This document shows positions 26,945-38,100 of a DNA stretch of 64,000 bases, one piece after another. Both the position numbers and the translations under genes were made by a program. The DNA comes from Pristiophorus japonicus (Eukaryota). The notes under the pieces were generated by a model that was given only the letters and a program-made list of their open reading frames with translations, searched no databases and was not told the DNA's origin. The first letter of the stretch is position 1. Every line of letters starts with the position of its first letter. The stretch covers positions 868,001 to 932,000 of the forward strand of contig NW_027251843.1 of the NCBI RefSeq assembly GCF_044704955.1, written 5' to 3'.

Positions 26945-27045
26945 CTGCTGACGTGCCATTGATTGACAGCCCACCCAGCCAATCAGGACAGACACTTACT
27001 GAAATGCAGCCAATCCAGCTGAGGGGGAGGAGGGGCATTTCCAAA
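26945..27045 (+). promoter_or_regulatory. Promoter/enhancer-like motif cluster just 3' of the light-chain poly(A) signals
   Basis: TGACGT 26949, AGCCAAT twice (CCAAT at 26979 and 27010), CAGCTG 27016, GGGGCATTTCC 27032. Confidence 0.35.
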
Positions 27046-27079
27046 GCACTCGCCAGACACAGACTGAATATTCTTCACG

Positions 27080-27180
27080 TTTATTGCCTTTCACAGATTC
27101 ACATTTAGAGAAACAAGACTTGAATAAACAGCCCAGCGAGAGCGAGCTGGAGACATTCACAGGGAGAATGCAGCTTTATT
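27080..27180 (-). terminator. Two candidate polyadenylation signals for the light-chain mRNA
   Basis: AATAAA on the minus strand at 27175-27180 and 27080-27085, about 500-600 nt after the C stop codon. Confidence 0.65.
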
Positions 27181-27375
27181 AAAACAGTTGTGGGGATTTT
27201 CTCCACACCGTGAGAATCCTGTCCCTTTAAACGGGGACTAAACTTTGAATTGCAACATCAGGGTGAGCAGGGAGAAGATCTGCTAACTGAAGCGGCACTT
27301 TGCAGTTTAACATTAGTTTTACTCTGCTGACAGTCTTCAGCATCTTCGAGAGGTTTTACTTGGCAGCACGAGTCA

Positions 27376-27518
27376 ACACTGTCCCATCAAACACTTCCAG
27401 GGCAGGTACAGCACGGGTTAGATACAGAGTAAAGCTCCCTCTACACTGTCCCATCAAACACTCCCAGGGCATGTTCAGGACGGGTTAGAGACAGAGTAAA
27501 GCTCCCTCGACACTGCCC
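27376..27518. repeat. ~66-bp repeat (about 2 copies) in the light-chain 3' UTR
   Basis: ACACTGTCCCATCAAACACTCCCAGGGCA...ACGGGTTAGATACAGAGTAAAGCTCCCTC occurs twice; a degenerate piece lies near 41850. Confidence 0.8.
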
Positions 27519-27677
27519 CAATAACGTGCCTTACCCCCTGACACTCAGATGCTTTCCCTGACCCAGTCCCGAGAAGGAAGAGAGTAGAAATGCAGTGCTG
27601 ACAATGACCTTTGCCCTCCCGGCTCACCCCCTGTTCTATTTAAAGTTGTGTTTCCCCCGCGGACTGTCCCTGACACA

Positions 27678-28006
27678 CTACGCACATTCTGCTCTCCTGA
27701 CCCCCTTGCTGAGGGGAGAGGAGAGGCTCTCGTGGGTGAGGCTGCAGGAGAAGCTGGCGTTGGACTCCCAGTCGGAGCCAGAGAGGGTCAGCAGGCTACT
27801 GACACTGTAGGTGTTGTCCGAAGCTCGCAGGTAGTCACTGGTCTGGACCCCGGCCGAAATGGTCGCCCCGTCCTTCTTCCACTCCACCTCCACCGCATCG
27901 GGGTAGAAGTGATCGGCGAGGCACACCAGGGTGGCAGTGCCCTTGGTCGTGACCTCCTCCGGGGAGGGGGGCAGCAGGGTCAGCGTGGGTGGTGTCTTCC
28001 CTCGGC
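27678..28006 (-). CDS. IGKC: Ig light chain constant exon, kappa type
   Basis: CCCTTTCAG| acceptor. Translation is (S)RGKTPPTLTLLPPSPEEVTTKGTATLVCLADHFYPDAVEVEWKKDGATISAGVQTSDYLRASDNTYSVSSLLTLSGSDWESNASFSCSLTHESLSSPLSKGVRRAECA*. It has the C1-set motifs (ATLVCL, FYP, W, YSxSSxL, FSC) and a penultimate Cys for the H-L bond; 329 nt is consistent with phase 1. Confidence 0.96.
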
Positions 28007-29041
28007 CTGAAAGGGAGGAGAAGGATGTTTAATAGGTGTATATTAGTCTGTGTGTGTGTGTGTGTGTCACTGTGGGTGTTTCCGTGTGGGGATAATTCAC
28101 ATCTGATAACGGAGAGTTGGGTTAATGAACTCCTGGCTGGTGATTAACCATTAGAGGCGAGCAACACTAATTCTTCATCTTCTTTGCCTCACTTGATCAG
28201 TTTGATCTAAATATAAATGCGTTTGATGTTAAGGTGATTAAAAAAAAAGGAAATATTGCATTTATATTGCAACTTTCACAACCACCGGACATCTCAAAGC
28301 GTTTTACAGCCAATGAAGTACTTTTGGAGTGTAGTCACTGTTGCAATGTGGGAAACACAGCAGCCAATCTGTGCACAGCAAGCTCCCACAAACAGTGATG
28401 TGGTAACGACCTGATAATCTGTTCTTTTGTCATGTTGGTTGAGGGATAAATATTGGCCAGGACACCGGGGAGATCTCCCCTGCTCTTCTTCAAAATAGAG
28501 GTATGGGATCTTTTCCATCCACCTGAGAGGGCAGACGGGGTCTCGGTTTTACATCTCATCCGAAAGACGGCGCCTCCGACAGTGCGACGCTCCCTCAGCA
28601 CTGCACTGGAGTGTCAGCCTCGATTTTTGTGCTCAAGTCCGTAGAGTGGGACTTGATCGCACAACCTTCTGACTCTGAGGCAAGAGTGCAACGCAGTGAG
28701 CCACAGCTGATACGCAAAATCATATTGGACCGTTGTATAAACATCTACAGTGCAGGGTTGGCACACATTCAGCACTGAAATGGTTCACAGTAAGAGTCGG
28801 TAAAGACTGAGTGTCCCGTTAAGACACTGTTCACTGGCAGGAAGCTCGAACTGTAGATGGGTGGATACAGGGGAAACAGGCTCAGCAGTGAGAAAGCTCA
28901 GATCACACACAGATCGGGAGAACTTTATCCGGGAACATTGCGGCACACTTGTATAAACACACTTCAGCAAGGCTTCATGTTGGGTGTCGGTTTCGAAGCT
29001 TCTAGATTGCATTTAAAAGCTTGCTGCCCAGCACCGGGGTG

Positions 29042-29164
29042 AGGTCAATGGTGAGGCTACAATTAGCGTCAGTGTACCGGGGTCAGGCAGGGTCACTGCT
29101 CCCAATGATCCCGTGACCTCCTGGAAGGTCAGAGTGCGCGGACAATGGCTGAGGGTCAGGATCA
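29042..29164. promoter_or_regulatory. Cluster of nuclear-receptor half-sites (DR4, everted repeat-6) about 1.1 kb upstream of the C exon
   Basis: AGGTCA 29042; GGGTCA-ggca-GGGTCA 29080-29095; TGACCT-cctgga-AGGTCA 29114-29131; GGGTCA-GGATCA 29153-29164. Also present in the copies at 9285-9410 and 63843-63966. Confidence 0.45.
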
Positions 29165-29929
29165 GGGCCCACCCACTTCAATGAAAGAAAGCCTTGAATT
29201 TATATAGCGCCTTTCACAACCTCAGGACTTCGAAGTTGCTTCACAACCAATTGCACACAGGAAGGTTTACGAGGATGTTGCCTGGACTGCAAAATTTTAG
29301 CTATGAGGAAAGATTGGATAGGTTGGGGTTGTTTTCTTTGGAATAGAGGAGGCTGAGGGGAGAACTTATTGAGGTGTATAAAATTATGAGGGCCCGAGAT
29401 AACATGGATAAGACAGACCTATTTCACTTAGCATAGGGCTCAATAACCAGGGCATAGATCTCAAGTGATTGGTCGGAGATTTAGAGGGGATTTGAGGGGA
29501 AATGTCATCACCCAGAGGGTGGTGGGGGTCTGGAACTCACTGCCTGAAAGGATGGTAGAGGCAGAAACCCTTAGCACATTTAAGAAGTACTTGGATGTAC
29601 ACTTGAAATGCCGTAACCCACAGGGCTACGGACCAAGAGCTGGGATTAGGCTGCATAGATGTTTGTCGACCGGTGCGGACACGATGGGCTGAATGGCCTC
29701 CTTTCATGCTGTAAATTTCTCTGATTCTATGAAGCTCCCAGACTGCAATGAGATCATGACCAGATCATCAGTTTTAACGATGTTTGTTGTGGGATAAATA
29801 TTGGCCAGGACACTGGGAAGAATCCCCTTGCCCTTCCAGTCGTAATTATGGGATCTTTCATGTCCACCTGAGAGGGCAGACGGGACTTCAGTTTAACGTC
29901 TCATCTGAAAGACAGCACCTCTGACAGAG

Positions 29930-32150
29930 GGAGGATATGTTCGAAGGATCATCAAATGAGTCCATATGGGTTAAAATGATGAACATAAAAGAGGCGATCA
30001 CACTGCTGGGAGTGTACTATAGACCCCTAAACAGTCAGAGGGAGATAGAAGAGAAAATATGTCGGCAAATTGCTGAGAAGGTCAAAAACAATCGGGCAGC
30101 AATAGTCGGGGATTTCAACTCCCCTCACATTAACTGGGATGGAATCAGTGTCAAAGGTATAGAGGTCGCAGAATTCTTCAAATGCATTCAGGAGAACTTT
30201 TATAGCCAGTACATAGCAAGCCCAACAAGGGAGGGGTCGGTTCTGGACTTAGTTTTAGGGAATGAAGCTGGGCAGGTGGAAGGGGTATCAGTGGGAGAGC
30301 ATTTTGGTGCTAGTGATTATAATTCAGTTAGATTTAGCGTAGTTATGGAAAAGGACAAAGATAGAGCAGGAATAAAGGTTCTCAATTGGGGAAAGGCCCA
30401 TTTTACTAAGCTGAGAGGTGATTTAGCAAAAGTGGGCTGGAAACAGCTACTTGAAGGTAAATCAGTGTCAGAGCAGTGGGGGGAGATAGTGAGGGTTCAG
30501 AGCAAGTATGTTCCCACAAAGGAAAAGGGTGGCACTCCCAAATCTAGAGCCCCCTGGATGGCACAGGTCATACAGGGTAGGATAAGGCAAAAAAGGGAAG
30601 TTTATGTCAAATACCCAGTGCTAAATACTGCAGAAAGCCCAGAGAAGTTTAGAAAGTGCAGGGGTGAAATTAAAAAGGAAATTAGGAATGCAAAGAGAGG
30701 GCATGAAAACATATTGGCAAGTAATATCAAGGAAAACCCAAAGATGTTTTATAAATACATAAAGAGCAAGGCAAGAGTGGGGCCTATTGGAGACCAAAAA
30801 GATAACCTGTGTGTGGAGACGGAAGATGTGGGTATGGTTCTTTGTGAATACTTTGCATCTGTCTTCACAGAAGAGAGGGACGATGCAGACATTGTAATTC
30901 AGGAGGAGAAGTGTGAAATATGAGATAAGATAAACATAGTGAGAGAGGAAGTATTGAGGGGCTTAGCAGCTTTGAAAGTGGATAAATCACCAGGCCCAGA
31001 TCAAATGTATCCCAGGTTGTTAAGAAAAGCAAGGGAGGAAATAGCAGAGGCTCTGACCATCATTTTCCAATCCTCTCTGGCTCCAGGTGTGGTGTCGGAG
31101 GACTGGAGAACTGCTAACGTGTACCTTTGTTTAAAAAGTGAGAAAGGGATAGACCGAGTAATTACAGGCCAGTCAGCATAACCTCGGTGGTGGGAAAAAT
31201 ATTGGAAACAATTCTGAGGGAGAGGATAAATTGTCATATAGAAAGCGACAGATTAATCAAGGACAGTCAGCATGGAATTGTTAAGGGAAGGTCGTGCCTG
31301 ACTAACTTGAGTTAATTTTTTGCGGAGATAACAAGGAGGGTCGATGAGTGTTGCACCTTTGATGTAGTCTACATGGATTTTTGCAAGGCATTTGGCAAAG
31401 TCTCATGTGGCAGAAAAGTAAAAGCCCATGGGATCCAAGGGAAAGTAGCAAGTTGGATCCAAAATTGGCTCAGTGGCAGGAAGCCAAGTGTAATGGTCAA
31501 CGGGTGTTTTTGTGACTGGAAGGCTGTTTCGAGTGGGGTTCCGCAGGGCTCAGTACTAAGTCCCTTACTCTTTGTAATATACACCAATGATTTAGACTTC
31601 AATGTCGGGAACATGATTAAGAAGTTTGCAGATGATAGTGAGGAAGAAAGCTGTAGACTGCAGGAAGGTATCAATGGACTGGTCAGGTGGGCAGAACAGT
31701 GGCAAATGGATTTCAATCCAGAGAACTGTGAGGTAATGCATTTGGGGAAGGCTAACAAGGCAAGGGAAGACACATTAAATGGTAGGACCCTGAGAAGTGT
31801 AGAGGAACAAAGGGACCTTGGAGTGCAGGACCACAGATCCCTGAAGGTAACAGGCCAGGTAGATAAGGTGGCTAAGAAGGCATATGGAACACTTGCCTTT
31901 ATTAGTCGTGGCATTAAATATAAGAGCAGGGAGGTTATGCTATAACTGTTTAAAATACTAGTTCGGCCACAGCTAGAGTACAAAGGAGATTTACAAGGAT
32001 GTTACCAGGACTGGAAAATTTTAGTTATGATGAAAGATTGGATAGGCTGGGTTATTTTCTTTGGAGCAGAGGAGGCTGAGGGGAGATTTAATTGAGGTGT
32101 ATAAAATTATGAGGGGCCGAGATAGAGTGGTTAGGAAGGATCTATTTCCC
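29930..32150 (+). mobile_element. CR1 ORF2 fragment in the J-C intron
   Basis: GVYYRP, GDFN, KSPGPD, GVPQGSVL and KFADD. Confidence 0.9.
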
Positions 32151-34105
32151 ACAACTATTTTATTTGTGCACTTTAAACAAATGCCCCCTGAAGGGAGGCG
32201 GGGGGAGGGTCACACACCAAGATACATTTTTCCAGTGCCCTTTTTTTTTTGAGGGCACCAACACACAAATTATACAAGTGTCCCCTGGGCCAAAAAGGGG
32301 GGGCACTAAAACTGGCAAATTAAACAAATTAAACTATAAAATTAAATGATCAAATTAAAATTTGGTTGCCGGGGGTGATGATGCACTCCAGTCCCTCCGG
32401 TGCCCACCTCTCGTGGAAGGCCGCGAGCGTACCGGTGGACACCACGTGCTCCAGCTCCAGGGATACCCTGGCTCGGATGTAACCGCGGAAGAGAGGCAGG
32501 CAGTCAGGATGAACGACCCCTTCGACCGCCCGCTGCCTGGACCGGCTGATGGCCCCCTTGGCCATGCCCAGGAGCAGTCCTACGAGGAGGCCTTCTGACC
32601 TGCCCGCTCCTCTCCGCACAGGGTGCCCAAAGATCAGGAGTATGGGACTGAAGTGCAACCAGAATTTGAGGAGCAGCCCCTTCAAATAACAGAAGAGGGA
32701 CTGCAACCTCACACACTCCAATAAAAACAAGGAACACGGACTCTTCCAGACAGCAGAAATTTCAGGCGGCCTGGGACCCCGTGAACCGACTTAAAAACTT
32801 ATTGCACGGCACTGCTCCGTGTAACACCCTCCAGGCCAAGTCCCCAATAAATAGAGGGAGGACTCCCGCGTAGAGTGTACTCCACTGGGGACCCCCGCCT
32901 CCTCCGGATGACAAGATGGTATGCCATGGTGTGTCTGGATGGCAGACGAGGGTGGAAAGGTGGATAGTGTGCAGGAGCAGCCCGAACAGGAAACCCCTCC
33001 GCGCAGAACTGAAAGGCACGGAGGGGATTTCCCAGATGGAGGCTCAAGCTGGGAGGCGCCGGCTCCCAAAGGAGGTTTCGGGGCTTGGTGCGATGAGGAA
33101 TTCTGTCTGGACGGGGGTCAGTTCGGAGGGGATCAACCCACGTGCTTGAGCCTCCTCGGCACACCTAACGGAGTCAGGGACCAGTGCTGTTTTTAGCGAC
33201 TCGATGACATTGGCCGCGCGCTGGACGTCAGCCCAGTTTAGGCAACGTCCTACCATGTCTGGCACCATCCAGCCCGCTGCTCCGTCATCGAGCAGATCCC
33301 TGACCCTGGTCACCTCGCCAGCCACAGCACTCTCGTCTGCCTGCCACCTAAAACCGCGGTCATGGAGGTACAGATTCCTGAGCAGCGGCTCCTGCAGGAC
33401 AGCTGCCACTCCAGACGGGGGAGACCTGCGCTTGGTGGCGACACTGTTCCAGACTCTGATGAATTCCTGGTAAAAGACAGGAAGCCCCCGTATGGGGGTC
33501 CTGATGCCCCCCAGGCTCAGAAACAGGAGCTGCGTGTCATAATTGTGGCAGTACTGCTGGCAGAAGAAATACGTCCCCAACGCACGCCACGTAGGAGGGG
33601 GCTCGACGTACAGGTATCTCTGTAGGGTCTGAAGATGGAAAGTCGCATGCTGGGTACTGATGCACACCAACGCCTGACCGCCCTCCCTAAGCGGGAGACT
33701 TAAAACCGCAGTAAAGACCCAATGTTTCCTGTTGTTCCAGAAGAAGTCCACCAGCTTCTTCTGTATCTTGGCGACAAACGCAGGGGGAGGGGTCAAAGTG
33801 ACCAGCCAGTACCACAGCATAGCAGCCACCAGCTGGTTTATGACTCGCACTGGACCCCTGCAGGACAGCACTCGGAGCAGTCCTGTCCAGCGCCCTAGGT
33901 GAGCGGCGACTTTGGCCTCCAGCTCCTGGCAGTTCGCCGGCCAGCCTTCCTCGTCAGGGCTAAGGTAGACTCCCAGATAGAGGAGATGGGTCGTGCTCTC
34001 GGCAAAAGGCCTGAGCTCCTCCGGCAGGGAGTCCACCTGCCACTGACCCACCAGGAGTGCGGAACATTTCCCAGTTGATCCTGGCGGAGGACGCGGACAA
34101 GACCT
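32150..34105 (-). mobile_element. Tx1-like (L1 clade) LINE ORF2 3' fragment
   Basis: YLGVYL, INQLVAAMLWY, LVDFFW, LPLREGG and LAWRVLHGAVP; homologous to 52815-53800. Confidence 0.8.
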
Positions 34106-34751
34106 ATTTCCCTCTGCAGTAGGGTCACTAACCAGGTGTCACAGATTTAAAGTAATTGATAGAACGATTAGATGGTAGTTGAGGAGAATCCTTTTCACCC
34201 AGAGGGTGGTGAGGGTCTGGAACTCACTACCTGAAAGGGTGGTAGAGGCAGAAACCCTCACCACATTTAAGAAGTACTTGGATGTGCACTTGAAGTGCCG
34301 TAACCTACAGAGCTACGGACCCAGAGCTGGAAAGTGGGATTAGGCTGGATAGATCTTTGTCGGCTGGCACGGACACGATGGGCCGAATGGTATCAGCCAG
34401 TGGCTCAGTTGGAACCACCCTCGCTTCTGAGTCAGAGATTGTGGGTTCAAATCAAACTCCGGTGTCCTGGCCAATATTTATCCCACAATCAACATAACAA
34501 AAACAGGTTATTTGGTCATCAGCACATTGCTGTTTGTGGGAGCTTGCTGTGCACAAATTGGCTGCTGAGTTTCCCACATTACAACAGTGAGTACACTTCA
34601 AAAAGTACTTCATTGGCTGTAAAGCACTTTGGGATGTCTGGTGGTCGTGAAAGGCGCTATATAAATGCAAATTTTCCTTTTCTCAGAGCCGAGCATGCTA
34701 GCGACTGAGCCACGGCTGACACCTCACGGTCGATTAGCCTGACACGCTCAC

Positions 34752-35196
34752 TCTCTGGACTCACACTGGGACAATGAGCCCACTTGGGGAGCTCAGTCTC
34801 TGGGCTCACACTGGGACAATGAGGCCACTTGGGGAGCTCAGTCTCTGGGCTCACACTGGGACAGTGAGCCCACTTGGGGAGCTCCGTCTCTGGGCTCACA
34901 CTGGGACAGTGAGCCCACTTGGGGAGCTCAGTCTCTGGGCTCACACTGGGACAATGAGCCCACTTGGGGAGCTCAGTCTCTGGGCTCACACTGGGACAAT
35001 GAGCCCACTTGGGGAGCTCAGTCTCTGGGCTCACACTGGGACAGTGAGCCCACTTGGGGAGCTCCGTCTCTGGGCTCACACTGGGACAGTGAGCCCACTT
35101 GGGGAGCTCAGTCTCTGGGCTCACACTGGGACAGTGAGCCCACTTGGGGAGCTCAGTCTCTGGGCTCACACTGGGACAGTGAGCCCACTTGGGGAG
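34752..35196. repeat. 45-bp minisatellite, ~10 copies, in the J-C intron
   Basis: Unit TCTCTGGGCTCACACTGGGACAGTGAGCCCACTTGGGGAGCTCAG, visible as the PKWAHCPSVSPETEL repeats in ORF 34657-35418. Confidence 0.96.
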
Positions 35197-35199
35197 AGG

Positions 35200-35445
35200 A
35201 GCTGAGCCCCAGCCAGAGGTAGTGCCTTCAGGAGTGAGATGGGGAGCAGATGATGGGCAGCCTGTGGTGTAGAGGGGAGACATTTCACCGGCCGAGGGCA
35301 GGTGCTGAGCCCGTTTACCTGTAAGAATGTGGTAAGTGGATGGGGAAAGTGGGCCGGGCACTGAGGTAACGTCCTGTGTTGCTGGTGGAACATCTGCTCC
35401 GTCACGTGTGACAAACACGCAGACACGTCAGACGGACATCTGGGA
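35200..35445. promoter_or_regulatory. Candidate J-C intronic enhancer (E-box/RUNX cluster)
   Basis: Non-TE island with CAGATG 35247, TGTGGT 35263 and 35328, GGCAGGTG 35297 (kappaE2-like), CATCTG 35391 and 35437, GTCACGTG 35401 and ACGTCA 35425. Confidence 0.5.
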
Positions 35446-35449
35446 TGGG

Positions 35450-38100
35450 GGGATTGTCCTATGGAGAGATCGAGTATATTAGGCTTATATTCTCTTGTGT
35501 TTCGAAGAATGAGAGGGGATCTCATTGAAACATACAATATTCTGACAGGGCTTGACAGGGTAGATGCAGGGAGGATGTTTCCTTTGGCTGGGAAGTCTAG
35601 AACCAGGGGTCACAGTCTCAGAATAAGGGGTCGGCCATTTAGGACTGAGATGAGGAGAAACCTCTTCACTCAGAGTGTGATGAATCTGTGGAATTCTCTA
35701 CCCCAGAGGGCTGTGGAGGCTCAGTCCTTGAGTATATTCCGGAGATCGATAGATTTTTGGATATTAAGGGATCGATGGATATGGGGACAGTGCAGGAAAG
35801 TGGAGTTGAGGTAGAAGATCAGCCATGATCTCATTGAATGGTGGAGCAGGCTCGAGGGGCCAAATGGCCTCCTCCTGCTCCTAATTCCCATGTTCTTATG
35901 GAATGTTAATCCGTGATCTGGGGATTTTCTGCTGGGTCCAAGTTTAATCAGCAGGGGAATTGTGTGAGTCCCAGTTAACAAAAAGAAAAGAGAAATTAAA
36001 GAAAGACCTGCATTTATATAGCACCTTTCACACCTCAGGATGTTCCAAAGTGCTTCACAGCCAATGAAGTACATTTTGAAGTGTAGTCACTGTTGTAATG
36101 TGGCCAACACGGGAGCCAATTTGTGCACAGCAAGCTCCCACACACAGCACTGAGGTAAATGATCTCTTCACGGAGGAGGATACAAATAACTTCCCAGAAA
36201 TGCTCGTGAACTATGGGTCCAGTGAACAAGAGGAATTAAAGGAAATGATTATTAGTAAGAAAATAGTGCTGGAGAAACTAATGGGCCTGAAGGCCGATAA
36301 ATCCCCAGGGTCTGATGATCTGCATCCCAGAGTATTAAAAGGGTAGCCATGGAAATAGTAGATACATTGATTGTCATCTTCCAAAATTCTATAGATTATG
36401 GAACAGTTCCTGCAGATTGGAGGGTGGCAAATGTAACCCCACTATTTAAAAAAGGAGGGAGAGAGAACGGGGAACTACAGACCGGTCATTAATAGGGAAA
36501 ATGCTAGAGTCTATTATAAAGGATGTGATAACGGCGCACTTAGATAATATCAACGGGGTTAAAGACAGTCACGTGGATTTATGAAAGGAACCTACTGGAG
36601 TTTTTTGAGGATCTAACTGATAGAATAGATAATGGAGAACACAGTGGATGTTGCATATTTGGATTTTCAGAAGGCTTTCGATAAAAATCCCACATAAGAA
36701 GTTAGTGTGCAAAATTAAAGCACATAGGATTGTGGGTAATGTATTGGCATGGATTGAAAATTGGTTAACTGACAGGAAACAGTCGGAATAAATGGGTGTG
36801 TTTCAGGGTGGCGGGCAGTGACGAGTGGGGTACCACAGGGATCAGTGCTTGGGCCCCAGATATTCACAATGTATAAATAAATGATTTGAATTAAGGAACC
36901 AAATGTAATATTTCCAAGTTTGCTGACAGCACAAAATTAGATGGGATTATGAGTTGTGAGGAGGATGCAATGAAACTTAGATAGGTTGAGTGAGTGAGCA
37001 AACACATGACAGATGTAACATATTGTGGATAAATGTGAAATTACTCACTTTGGTAGGAAAAACATAAGGACAAAGTATTATTTAAATGGTGATGGTTTGT
37101 GAAGTGTCAATGTACAGAGGGACCTGGGTGTCCTTGTACACCAGTCAGTGAAAGCAAACATACAGGTGCAGCAAGCAGTTAGGAAAGCAAATGGTACGTT
37201 GGCCTTCATTGGAAGAAGATTTGAGCAACGAGGTCTTACTACAGGGCCTTGGTGAGACCGCACCTGGAGTATTATGTGCAGCTTTGGTCTCCTTAACTAA
37301 GAAAGGATATCCTTGCCATAGAGGGAGTGCAGCGAAGGTTCACCAGACTGATTCCTGGGATGGCAGGACAGTCGTATAAGGAGAGATTGGGTCGACTGGG
37401 CCTGCAGTCACTGGAGTTTAGAAGAATGAGGGGATCTCAGTGAAACGTAAAAAATTCTGACTGGGTTGGATAGACTGGATCTGGGGAGGATGTTTTCCCG
37501 GGCTGGGAAGTTTAGAATAAGTGGTCACAATCTCAGGATACGAGGCAGGAAATTTAGGACCGAGATGAGGAGAAATGTTTTCACTCAGAGGGTGGTGAAC
37601 CTGTGGAATTCTCTACCACAGAAGGCTGTGGAGGCCAAGTCACTGAATATATTTAAGAGGCAGATCGATGGATTTCTAGAAACATAGAAACATAGAAAAT
37701 AGGTGCAGGAGTAGGCCATTCGGCCCTTCTAGCCTGCACCACCATTCAATGAGTTCATGGCTGAACATGCAACTTCAGTACCCCATTCCTGCTTTCTTGC
37801 CATACCCCTTGATCCCCCTAGTAGTAAGGACTTCATCTAACTCCTTTTTGAACATATTTAGTGAATTGGCCTCAACAACTTTCTGTGGTAGAGAATTCCA
37901 CAGGTTCACCACTCTCTGGGTGAAGAAGTTTCTCCTCATCTCGGTCCTAAATGGCTTACCCCTTGGCTTACAAAAGGCATCAAAGGGTATAGGGAAAAAG
38001 AGGGAATATGGTGTTGAGACAGGGGATCAGACATGATCATATTGAATGTCGGTGCAGACTCGAAGGGCCGAATGGCCTACTACTGCTCCTATTTTCTATG
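35450..38100 (+). mobile_element. Several degenerate CR1 fragments and a SINE in the J-C intron
   Basis: RRMRGDLIE, KSPGSD and WNSLP motifs; a nested antisense CR1 tail at ~37680-37965. Confidence 0.82.

Noticed and set aside
28640-28710. tRNA genes at SINE heads (also ~3240-3305 and ~8895-8960)
   Set aside because: The A/B-box-like heads are fused to SINE bodies and tails, and no complete cloverleaf is evident.
34657-35418. 253-aa repetitive ORF (PKWAHCPSVSPETEL)n
   Set aside because: Read-through of a 45-bp minisatellite that runs into a SINE; no evidence of a gene.
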